This document shows positions 1 through 8,841 of a stretch of 64,000 nucleotides of DNA, in pieces. Under the pieces are notes generated by a model. It searched no databases. It was not told the DNA's origin and worked only from the letters and a program-made list of their open reading frames with translations. Position 1 is the first letter of the stretch, and every line of letters begins with the position of its first letter. This DNA is from Candidatus Nanoarchaeia archaeon (lineage in GTDB: Archaea > Nanobdellota > Nanobdellia > Woesearchaeales > SKIA01). The DNA lies in NCBI GenBank assembly GCA_028279685.1, contig JANQNG010000051.1:9-64008 (forward strand). Direction: 5' to 3'. Both the position numbers and the translations under genes were made by a program.

Positions 1-369
1 ATTCAAATTTACACGGAGTCGTTTTTCAAGATCGTGCTTAATCTCTGTACTGAATTTAAAATAATCTATCTGTACTTCTTTCAGTGCTTCAGTCCGCTCA
101 ACATTAATCTCCGCTACTGCTTCTTCTATCCCTTTGTAATCATCACGTATCTTTTGTTTGATTTGAGCTTCAATATTTTTTTTCTGAGGAATACTCTCAA
201 TAAACTCATCAAAACTCTTCCTGTCATTGATTTTCTGAATTCGCTGTTTATACTCTTGAAAAATCCCTTCATCATGAACAGCACCTGATAATTGCGCAAG
301 CCAGTCTTCCGCAGATAATCTATAGGTTACTGCTAATATATTTGTGAATATTTCATCTTTTGTTACCAT
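1..369 (-). CDS. Hypothetical helical protein, runs off the window edge; last visible gene of the E1/JAB operon
   Basis: Not in the ORF track. ATG at 369 lies 2 nt after the stop of the 868-aa ORF, and the frame is open to base 1 (MVTKDEIFTNILAVTYRLSAEDWLAQLSG...). Confidence 0.8.
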   Translation of the reverse strand, partial: MVTKDEIFTNILAVTYRLSAEDWLAQLSGAVHDEGIFQEYKQRIQKINDRKSFDEFIESIPQKKNIEAQIKQKIRDDYKGIEEAVAEINVERTEALKEVQIDYFKFSTEIKHDLEKRLRVNLN

Positions 370-371
370 GT

Positions 372-2978
372 TTATTCATCTTCAAACAATTCTTTAATGT
401 AGACATTTCCATTTCTATTCAAAGATCTATAACATTCCTGTTTAATATATTCATCTTCGAATCCCATTGATCGTAATGTATCAACAGCCAAATCTATCAT
501 CTTATATTTCTCCTGCATAATTTCATTGTGCTCAACTTCAATTTTTTTGACAAGTGCAGTGAGTGTATTATTTATTTCTTCTTTCATCTTATTTTGTTCA
601 GCTACTGCAGCATCGTATTTCTTTTTTGCAGCACCTCTGAGTTTTTCAAGAGGATTAGCAAGAATAAGATCACGCTCATGATATGAATTACATCCTCTTT
701 GCCACTCCACAGTAGCCCAGCCCCCTAAAGCATCTCTGCCTCCATCACCAAAATTCTGCTTTAATATTCCTCCTTCTTTAGGAATCTGATTATCACATCC
801 ATAAAATTCGGAATCTTTACGCAGCTTTACTTTAGCTCCAGCTCTCATTTCTCCTCTGAAGATTTCATCAAAGTGAAATGCCTTTTCAACAGGAGCTAAT
901 TTACATTCAATATTTACATTATAACCCTCAATATTAACCCAATGACAGTCTCCTCCACGAGAATGAGTGCCTTTGTATTTTGCAATGGTGTTTTTTTTAT
1001 AACCATTTTCTTTGTCTTTTTCAAGGAGCACAACTTTTTGTCCTTTCTTGAATTTCTTCTTCTGCCCTTCAATAATCCTATATCCTTTAAAAACATACTC
1101 TGACAAGTTTTCTTTAAAATTTACATACTCCTTCTCAGCCATTGTGGCATCTGGATATCGAATAATAAGTTTCATCTCATCCTTAACAGCCTGAAGAACT
1201 TTCCAAGCAAGATTAGCATAACTTACTTCATCAAATTCATTGATCTCCTCAAAGATTGTTCTCTCCTGCAAAGCATCTTCACTAATAATATCTCTATACT
1301 CTTTTACTCTATTATAAAAGAACCATGTTATAACTCCTTCAGGAATACCCATTGCCCTAAACGTATCAAGACTGGAAGTGATTAACTCTTTTCTCCATTG
1401 CTTTTGTTGTGCATATTCTCCTTCAGCCTCTTTAATAATACTTTCAAATTCTTTAAGCAATCCTCCTGTTATCTTTTCAATCTCTTCATTTTTCTTTTTC
1501 ACAGCCTCTTCATCAATCTCTTCAATGTTTACATCGATTTTTTCTATATCAGCATAATTTCTTGGAAGTCTGTCTCCAAATCCAGGAATATGATGAAATT
1601 CGATCTCATAGTGATTATTATCACGCCCTTTGCCAACAATATATCCCCAACTACCTTTTTTAGTGTGTTTATATTTTTCTCCATTAATAACTGTTGCTTT
1701 TCTTCGTCCCGCCTCAAGATTTTCAATATCGAACTCAAGCTCCTCAGCTAATACTATTTCTTCAGGATCTAGGTCAAAATCATATCCATCCAATTCAGAT
1801 CTGAATTCATCACCATCATAAAATCCTAATGTTCCGAGAGGAAGGCCATTAAGCAGAGTGCCATCAGCATATGCATTCCCTTTCAATGCTTTCACCGTAA
1901 TAGCAGATTTGTTCATCTCAGGAGCTTTTTTTGTCTTCTTATACATACTAATTTCAAAATGCAAAAGCTCTCTTTTGAACTTCTCATAATCTTCTTCATC
2001 GTATAAATCATCTAAGACATCACCTAAAAATAGATATAATCCTTTGCGCTCTCTAAGTTTCATTACAATATCTTTTGCAATATCTTCATAATCAAATGAC
2101 TTACTTTCCATCTCTTCAAATTGTTTCAAAATGTCTTGAGTATATCCAAAGCGAGATCGCAATACGCGATTGTATTGCTCTATAGCGTCTTCTATCTTCA
2201 TCTTCCTCAGTTTTTTCGTATGTTTCAATCCAAGGCCGATAATCACTCTTGTAGTTATATCCTCAAGACTTTGTTCAGGATCATTGATCATCTTTTGTAG
2301 ATTTGAAGATTCTTTTTTTGGGAGAAACTGTGCACTTTGTCCGATAAAGATCAATCGTGAAATCTCTTCTATTGTATTGACGAACTGTAAACGATGTTCA
2401 TATCCTTCAGTTAACGGTTTCAAAGCATGTGCAGCAATAAGTGATTCAGAAGAGAATCCTGTGAATAAAGGATTTTGGTATTCTTCGATAATCTCTTCTA
2501 CAACAGGAGTCTTTTTCTCTTCTTCAAGAACAAACTCTCCTGTTTCTATTGAAAATAATCGTTCAAGACTATCTGCAGCAGATCTGCTGAACGCAACAAC
2601 ATACTCATCAAAGGATACATTATGCCGTTCTTTCACAGAAATATGATGTTTAGCTATAGACTCTTTTGCAGCTAAAAAAGAGATGAATGTTTGCATTGAA
2701 GGAACATGCTCATTAGTGAGCATTGTTTTTGCAGATGCCATATTGCCATTTGCAAAATAAGAAGCAAGCATTCCAAAATAAGGCTGCTGTATCTCATGAT
2801 CAATTCTATTTTTTGAATCACTGCGTTCGAGTACAGAAGCTATTTTTTTGACAGGATCAAATGCTACAGGAGCCCATGCTATCTCTTCTTTGCCCCCAAA
2901 TTTTTGATTTTCAATACCTTCATCTAAAAGATCTGCTAAAAAATCATCTTCCTCAATAATCTCTTCTTGTTCTGTCAT
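372..2978 (-). CDS. Large hypothetical protein with several SH3-like modules (one MIB/HERC2-like) and two UBA-like MG[FI] helical motifs
   Basis: 868-aa ORF with ATGA overlap to the E1 stop. Motifs GAKVKLRKDS...WATVEWQRGCNSY...DL, SLDTFRAMGIPE and AVDTLRSMGFEDE. Domain calls are by eye. Confidence 0.6.
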   Translation of the reverse strand: MTEQEEIIEEDDFLADLLDEGIENQKFGGKEEIAWAPVAFDPVKKIASVLERSDSKNRIDHEIQQPYFGMLASYFANGNMASAKTMLTNEHVPSMQTFISFLAAKESIAKHHISVKERHNVSFDEYVVAFSRSAADSLERLFSIETGEFVLEEEKKTPVVEEIIEEYQNPLFTGFSSESLIAAHALKPLTEGYEHRLQFVNTIEEISRLIFIGQSAQFLPKKESSNLQKMINDPEQSLEDITTRVIIGLGLKHTKKLRKMKIEDAIEQYNRVLRSRFGYTQDILKQFEEMESKSFDYEDIAKDIVMKLRERKGLYLFLGDVLDDLYDEEDYEKFKRELLHFEISMYKKTKKAPEMNKSAITVKALKGNAYADGTLLNGLPLGTLGFYDGDEFRSELDGYDFDLDPEEIVLAEELEFDIENLEAGRRKATVINGEKYKHTKKGSWGYIVGKGRDNNHYEIEFHHIPGFGDRLPRNYADIEKIDVNIEEIDEEAVKKKNEEIEKITGGLLKEFESIIKEAEGEYAQQKQWRKELITSSLDTFRAMGIPEGVITWFFYNRVKEYRDIISEDALQERTIFEEINEFDEVSYANLAWKVLQAVKDEMKLIIRYPDATMAEKEYVNFKENLSEYVFKGYRIIEGQKKKFKKGQKVVLLEKDKENGYKKNTIAKYKGTHSRGGDCHWVNIEGYNVNIECKLAPVEKAFHFDEIFRGEMRAGAKVKLRKDSEFYGCDNQIPKEGGILKQNFGDGGRDALGGWATVEWQRGCNSYHERDLILANPLEKLRGAAKKKYDAAVAEQNKMKEEINNTLTALVKKIEVEHNEIMQEKYKMIDLAVDTLRSMGFEDEYIKQECYRSLNRNGNVYIKELFEDE

Positions 2979-4468
2979 GCTTCTTGAACCTCTTCTTGCA
3001 AAAGATGAGGATTTGCTTCAACAAATGCAGCAACATCTTCATCTGAAATTTCTAAATCAGGAATATTGTGATGATAACAATCACAGATATCAACTAAAGG
3101 AGAAGTACCGAATCGTTTTTGACCTGTTGATCTGTAGACTTGTTCTCCGTTGAATGGCTCCCCAAAAACATCTGGTCGAAGAACAGTATATGCATCAAGC
3201 ATCGCTGCAACTGCTCCAATAGCGTTGCTCATCACAACAGAAGGATCAGGATTTGCAGCGCAGCTCGCTCTTCTAATCATCTCTTCCTTTCTTCCCTCTT
3301 CATAGATATTGAACATGCAATCCATGCATTGCGTCTTTCCTTCTTGATGTATATCCCATCGTGCGCTATACGGCAATGCTCCTGCGCTTATGGAAGGAAT
3401 TCCTTTTTTGATAGCATATGCTGCATTAATTGCTCTTGTATAACTATTATCAACAAAATCAAACACCACGTCATATTTTATATCAGTATCAAATCCTGGC
3501 AAGATCAAAAGATTATACCCAGTTGATTTTGTTTTTCCTTTGCTCATTTTTTCTATTTTATCAGCAACATGTTCTGCTTTTAGTTTGTCAATACCATCAT
3601 ATGCTAGTATCTGCCTATTAACATTATGTGATTCAAACGTATCGTAATCATACATATCAAGCCTGCCAAATTTCATCAATGTTCCTGCCACGGCACCCCA
3701 GCAGCCTAAACCACCTCCTCCAAGCATAGCAGCAGAAAAATTTTTCAATCCCTTTTCACCAATGAGAGTAGTATTTTCATTCTGAGGAAATCCGAAGCGA
3801 TATCCCTCGCCAAGTTTATACCTCACAGGATCTTCAACTAATGGTTCGCCAAAGATTGCTTTTCTCACCTCTTCTGTAATTACTCCTGCCATAATAAGCG
3901 CCATTAATGCGCTCTGTTGATGTCCTTCAAACATAGGCATAAGAAATGCAGGATCCTGCACTCCATTGACGGTCATAAGTTTTGTATAGCCAGAACGTGA
4001 AGATGTGCTAAGCACGGGAATATCATTCTCTTTTCCATACTGGATCGCCCATCTCTTTGATGCTGCATCATTTGTTGCATCAATAATAACATCAGCACCT
4101 TCTAACGTCAATTGATCTATTCTTGATTCCAGATTAGTTGTATAGCCCTCTATAGTAACCTGCTTATTGATTTTCTGCATAAGCTGAGGATATTGTTCTG
4201 CTTTTGCCCCTTTAGGAACAGACATATCAAGAAACATCTCTCCTCTCTTCACATTACTGCCATCAATCAACACAATATTGCCAACACCTAATGATGTCAT
4301 ACATAACGCAGCATAGACTCCTTGATGATCAAGCCCAACAACAGCAACACGAGCCTGTTCTAATCGTGCTTGTCCATCATCTCCCCAAAGTAACTTCTGA
4401 CGAGCATATCGGTCTTCCTCAATCATCATACCATCTTTCTTTTTCATTGTATTTTCCTCAATGCTCAT
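2975..4468 (-). CDS. E1-like ubiquitin-activating enzyme with tandem ThiF/MoeB domains
   Basis: N-domain DRYARQ...VAVVGLDHQG (degenerate). C-domain LGGGGLG, DYDTFESHNVNRQ, DFVDN, CMDC, ASC, CDC. Confidence 0.9.
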   Translation of the reverse strand: MSIEENTMKKKDGMMIEEDRYARQKLLWGDDGQARLEQARVAVVGLDHQGVYAALCMTSLGVGNIVLIDGSNVKRGEMFLDMSVPKGAKAEQYPQLMQKINKQVTIEGYTTNLESRIDQLTLEGADVIIDATNDAASKRWAIQYGKENDIPVLSTSSRSGYTKLMTVNGVQDPAFLMPMFEGHQQSALMALIMAGVITEEVRKAIFGEPLVEDPVRYKLGEGYRFGFPQNENTTLIGEKGLKNFSAAMLGGGGLGCWGAVAGTLMKFGRLDMYDYDTFESHNVNRQILAYDGIDKLKAEHVADKIEKMSKGKTKSTGYNLLILPGFDTDIKYDVVFDFVDNSYTRAINAAYAIKKGIPSISAGALPYSARWDIHQEGKTQCMDCMFNIYEEGRKEEMIRRASCAANPDPSVVMSNAIGAVAAMLDAYTVLRPDVFGEPFNGEQVYRSTGQKRFGTSPLVDICDCYHHNIPDLEISDEDVAAFVEANPHLLQEEVQEA

Positions 4469-6365
4469 CTATGTCATTTCTATCGCTTGTCCCTGAAGAT
4501 CCTATTGGCGTATTATCCCTAATTCTCTTGTATGCCTCAATAACAATAGGGACGTAGTTCTCCAACAGTTTATTTCTTCCTTCTGTACTTGCTTGCGCAA
4601 AGCTATCCATGAACTGCCAGGTAAACTCATCAGCATCTCCAATATAGATCAATTCATGAATTGCATTAGATATAGCATCATCAAGTCTATATGCGCCTGG
4701 CATTTTATGCTTTTTGACAACAAATTCATTATCAGGAATCAAATCACCAACTCTCAATACCGAAGAGGAAACACCGAATAAGAGAGGATCTGTCCTTGGC
4801 CTAGCAGCATACCTATTGACATATGTTGACATCTTATCCAATAAAAACCACGCATAGGTTGAATATTTACATCCTACACTTCTTGCCTCAACAATATAAG
4901 CAGCCAAAGAATAGACAAACCGTTGAGCTATTTCCTCATATTCAAGTGAACTTTCTATCCTAATTTTCATCTCTTGATCATTAGGTAATCTCGTTGATGC
5001 CTTTGTTACTGATCCTCCTTCATTAAGCGCTTCCAATAATGAATTGTCTTCTTCAACAGGTGGTTCCGGCAAAACTAAACTATCCAGGCTTTCCTGTAAC
5101 GTTCTTGGATGCTGATGAATAGGGTAATTTCCGCTATAGATTCCTTCCTGATATATGTAATTTTCATCCTGCCAATTTCTTACTCCAGAAGGCACATTTG
5201 AAACATGAGTTCCATGCATTCCATCTCCTCTAAGAGCACCTGCCACTTTCGCAACAACTTTTTGTTTAGGAGGGAATTTAACACGTTCTTTGACAAGCGC
5301 AGCAACTTCTTCTTTTGTAGGAATATCTATTCCTTTATTCCTCACAATAAGATGCAATCCATTTTCATCATTAGTATCTACGGTAGCATAATTTACTTTT
5401 CCTGTGAGCTTGAATTTCTCCTCAATACCCATCTTAATGTACGGTCCGCCTTTTGCATTATTGAAAACAAAACTTACCGCCGTATGCACTAATCTGGGCT
5501 CGTATGTTCGCTCATCAATTTGCTCTAGCAATCTTGCCAAGAAGTCAGCCTTTTTGAATCCATTGCCATTTGGCTTCAATCCAAATTCATCAAGCAGATT
5601 AAAAAACATCTCATCGTCAGGATAGATGAATCTTTTAACAGCATCTGATAATGCATCACCCTTCAAGCAAAGCTGATCCTCACCATACTCTTTTCTAATT
5701 TTATCTTCAATTAAAGCATACGGTGATTCAATAATACGTCTCGATGTTTTAGCCATTTTATTCACGAGGCTCTTCAAAGACTCATCATCATCTATGCTAT
5801 GATAAAGAGAAGCTTCCTTGTTCCTGTTAGATCCAAAAGGATGAATATGGAACATTGCACCTAAGCGATATTCCGTTCCATTTTCTTTATTCAAAGCCCT
5901 ATTTTCTCTTGCTACTTGATCGTAATGCTCCGCAATTCGGATATCTCTTGAACTAACGGGAAGATCTTTAGGTATAATAAAATCTCTGAATGAAAAAGTA
6001 TCATCGTCCTTATTGATCAGAAAAAATCCTCCTACTTCAAGCGCTTTCTTTCCTTGCTTTTTTGTTTCAGAACCTATCTTATACCCTAATTGCAAACATC
6101 TATCAGCAATATAGATTGTTCTGGGAATAATATCAGTAATAGGCTCTATAGGTTCTGTTTCTTCCTCTTCATCAAGAAAAGTATTAAATAATTCATCAGC
6201 GTAATCTTCATGAATATCATCTAGATTTTCTCCCCTATTAGCAGGACCGTGAATTTGACAGGTTTCATCCAGGCATTCTTCTTCAGCAATAACTTTTGTA
6301 ACAGGAGTTTTTCTCTTTTTTCTTCTCTTCCGACCTGTTTTACTACTTTTTTTATTCGTTGTCAT
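4458..6365 (-). CDS. JAB/MPN+ metallopeptidase-domain protein
   Basis: LEVGGFF (Glu) and FHIHP...HSIDD. Start placed at ATG 6365 (MTTNKK) behind a GGTGA RBS. Confidence 0.75.
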   Translation of the reverse strand: MTTNKKSSKTGRKRRKKRKTPVTKVIAEEECLDETCQIHGPANRGENLDDIHEDYADELFNTFLDEEEETEPIEPITDIIPRTIYIADRCLQLGYKIGSETKKQGKKALEVGGFFLINKDDDTFSFRDFIIPKDLPVSSRDIRIAEHYDQVARENRALNKENGTEYRLGAMFHIHPFGSNRNKEASLYHSIDDDESLKSLVNKMAKTSRRIIESPYALIEDKIRKEYGEDQLCLKGDALSDAVKRFIYPDDEMFFNLLDEFGLKPNGNGFKKADFLARLLEQIDERTYEPRLVHTAVSFVFNNAKGGPYIKMGIEEKFKLTGKVNYATVDTNDENGLHLIVRNKGIDIPTKEEVAALVKERVKFPPKQKVVAKVAGALRGDGMHGTHVSNVPSGVRNWQDENYIYQEGIYSGNYPIHQHPRTLQESLDSLVLPEPPVEEDNSLLEALNEGGSVTKASTRLPNDQEMKIRIESSLEYEEIAQRFVYSLAAYIVEARSVGCKYSTYAWFLLDKMSTYVNRYAARPRTDPLLFGVSSSVLRVGDLIPDNEFVVKKHKMPGAYRLDDAISNAIHELIYIGDADEFTWQFMDSFAQASTEGRNKLLENYVPIVIEAYKRIRDNTPIGSSGTSDRNDIDEH

Positions 6366-7791
6366 GATCATCACCTTCGAGCGTAATTTTTTTCTCAATC
6401 ACCTCAACAACCATATATCTTTTTTCTATGGCCTGTTCTCTTGTCATTGATCCTTGCTTCAGAATATTATCAAGATGATCTCCAAAATATCGATATCCTG
6501 AATGTGAATCAAGGCTCGATTTATTCAGAGGCTGGAGAAATACATTTGCAGCATCACTGAGTTTTCGTATCATATCGCTTATCGTATTTCTATAATCGCG
6601 AGGATTTCTACTAAGATTGCACAGTGTTCTATATCCTCCTGAAGATCTGCCTTTTAAACAAGGATGAAATTCCCTCTTTTCAACAATAAGAGGATTACCT
6701 GTTGTGTATGGTTTTTTATCCCATCCAATTTTGATAGCGACGCGAGTTGCTTCATACGGCCAGAAAACATCATGATTTCTGCCATCTTGCGTAACAAATT
6801 TCGGCAGTCGTGAATAAACATAATAATCTCCATTTTTTAAGATAAACCCGCACTCTCCTAAATCGTACTCATCAAGTTTCGCAAGCTCATGCATCTGCAT
6901 CCCAGTAACTTCTTTTGTTTCAATCTGATCTTTAATCTGATCAAACGCATCCTGGCTTCTTTCAAGAGCATTAATACGCCATTTCTTTTTGCTTCGCTCG
7001 ATAAATTCATGTTCTATCTCTTTAAGAGAAGGTAATCTTTCTTTTGATAGAGATAATATCTTACCATCAATGTTGAATACAAATTGATCTTTTTTTGCAG
7101 CCTTATGTTTCTGCAATGCCAAAAAATTTCTGCCAACAATGTACAATGCAAAAACTTTTCCATCAACAACATATAATGGTTGATATGCAGTTATTTCTCC
7201 CAATAATGATTTTGGAACGCCATTAGTATGTACAAATTGAGGAACAATTGCACCAGTTTTTATTTCTCTTTTCTCTTTTTTGAGCACTGATTGTCTCATC
7301 CTTTCAGCAGGATCCTGCTTTTCTCCCATTTCCATATTGCCGAAATCAGCTGTAAGTTTCTCTCTAATTTCTTTCTTGGCTCTTTCAAGAGGCTGTTCAA
7401 CTTTTGTTTCTTCAAAAATTTCCTCTTGAAGCAACTCATCAGAGACGTATTTTTTACTTAGCAAATACGGTAAAAACTCTTCCATAATGTAATGTAATGC
7501 ATGTATTCTACTCTCTTCTTGCTTCAGTTCACTTTCCGCACGCAATTCTTTATCAATTGTATCTTTGACAAATTCTCTGGAATATGATTCTATACTTTTT
7601 CTCTGTAACTGCTCATCAAGCAATTCCCATTCTCGATAAGAAAGCGATGGCATTATAGGTAATTGTATCTCTCCTGCTTGTAAAAAATCAGAGGATTTGC
7701 CGGAATCAATTATACTAAACACTCTTCCTTCATAAAGAATAAAGGAAGATTCCCTTTCGGCAATCCTTTCTAAAAAACTCGTTATTTCCAT
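6352..7791 (-). CDS. Hypothetical protein with a C-terminal E2/UBC-like segment
   Basis: KPY..GNPLIVEKREFHPCLKG...TLCNL resembles UBC YP..P.V.F...FHPN...G.ICL; lies in an operon with E1 and JAB genes. Confidence 0.55.
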   Translation of the reverse strand: MEITSFLERIAERESSFILYEGRVFSIIDSGKSSDFLQAGEIQLPIMPSLSYREWELLDEQLQRKSIESYSREFVKDTIDKELRAESELKQEESRIHALHYIMEEFLPYLLSKKYVSDELLQEEIFEETKVEQPLERAKKEIREKLTADFGNMEMGEKQDPAERMRQSVLKKEKREIKTGAIVPQFVHTNGVPKSLLGEITAYQPLYVVDGKVFALYIVGRNFLALQKHKAAKKDQFVFNIDGKILSLSKERLPSLKEIEHEFIERSKKKWRINALERSQDAFDQIKDQIETKEVTGMQMHELAKLDEYDLGECGFILKNGDYYVYSRLPKFVTQDGRNHDVFWPYEATRVAIKIGWDKKPYTTGNPLIVEKREFHPCLKGRSSGGYRTLCNLSRNPRDYRNTISDMIRKLSDAANVFLQPLNKSSLDSHSGYRYFGDHLDNILKQGSMTREQAIEKRYMVVEVIEKKITLEGDDHDNE

Positions 7792-7815
7792 TCTTGCATT
7801 ATCTTATTACTAATC

Positions 7816-8433
7816 TTAGCTTTGCAAAGCATATCCTGGCGTAATAATAGCAGATACAACAAGCTCGATACCAGCCATCATCTCAACAGGCTTATCCTTA
7901 TCCATAACACGTTTATCTTTTTCTCCTATTTCATCAATTGGCTTTGGAACCTTCTTTTTGCCTTCCTGAACAAAACCCATCTTAACAAAATAACTATTCA
8001 GCATCGAATCTCCTGTCACTCTCTGTCCATTAACACTAAGAGCATAACCTCTAAAGTTTCCTCCTCGCTTTGCTGCTAAATCTTTGACTTCTCCTGTTCC
8101 TAGCATTTCGTCTTTGATACGATCAATAGCTTCCTGCTGTTTCCTGTTAATATTTCTCTGATATTTTGCTCTGTCTTTTTCAGGAACTGCTTTACCGCTC
8201 AATTTCACTTCTTCGCCAATTGTATACTGTGCAATTTGCTCTGCAGTACCATATGCGAGAATCGCTCTGTCTTGCCCTCTTACCGAGTAGGTAACACGAT
8301 CACCCTCAATACATCCAGGGTAAACAGTTAATGCCATAGGCATATCTCCTATATCATCCAGCGTAAATGCCTTCTTTCTTATCTTCTTTTCACCATCTTT
8401 ATTTTCCGGTCTTTCGCCATCGTATTTTCCCAT
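7816..8433 (-). CDS. Putative ubiquitin-like (beta-grasp) precursor
   Basis: YALSVNGQRV..DS.L and terminal strand IELVVSAIITPG followed by the tail YALQS; operon context. Confidence 0.45.
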   Translation of the reverse strand: MGKYDGERPENKDGEKKIRKKAFTLDDIGDMPMALTVYPGCIEGDRVTYSVRGQDRAILAYGTAEQIAQYTIGEEVKLSGKAVPEKDRAKYQRNINRKQQEAIDRIKDEMLGTGEVKDLAAKRGGNFRGYALSVNGQRVTGDSMLNSYFVKMGFVQEGKKKVPKPIDEIGEKDKRVMDKDKPVEMMAGIELVVSAIITPGYALQS

Positions 8434-8473
8434 TTTTCTTTCCCCCGATATCCTTTAGAATACCAAATCATCA

Positions 8474-8707
8474 TCAGGATGTCTTATCCTCCTTGCCTTC
8501 TACAAGATTATGTATATCCTGAAATTGACGATCATAATTTCTTGTCATAAGATTAATTATTTCTGTGGCATCGCAATCAAAAATAATCTCTCTCCAAAAT
8601 TCAGCATTAAGAAAGCTTCTTTTTAAACCCTCTTTCCGTGTGATGTGCAAATCTAGCTGATTCAACAAAAATGGATAATTATTACGGATTTCCTTCGTAT
8701 CGAACAT
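8474..8707 (-). CDS. Small hypothetical protein, first gene of the operon
   Basis: 77-aa ATG ORF with a purine-rich RBS and a TATA-like sequence about 45 nt upstream. Confidence 0.6.
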   Translation of the reverse strand: MFDTKEIRNNYPFLLNQLDLHITRKEGLKRSFLNAEFWREIIFDCDATEIINLMTRNYDRQFQDIHNLVEGKEDKTS

Positions 8708-8744
8708 CTTTCCATCCCGTCACTACGCTCTTTCCCTTGTTAAG

Positions 8745-8825
8745 AGGATATAAAAATAATTTATAAGCCTTTCGATTTCACACCACTCCAGAATGGTAAA
8801 TAAAGCAAAAAGCTTAAATAATTTT
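8745..8825. promoter_or_regulatory. Divergent archaeal promoter region
   Basis: TTTTATA on the minus strand (~8749-8755) and purine run + CTTAAATA on the plus strand (~8808-8820), between divergent ORFs. Confidence 0.5.
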
Positions 8826-8841
8826 CAAAAATTGCAACCCC

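Noticed and set aside
34..288. 84-aa plus-strand ORF and the many other short antisense or nested ORFs in the track
   Set aside because: They are shadows of longer motif-bearing genes; here the real gene is on the minus strand (<1-369).
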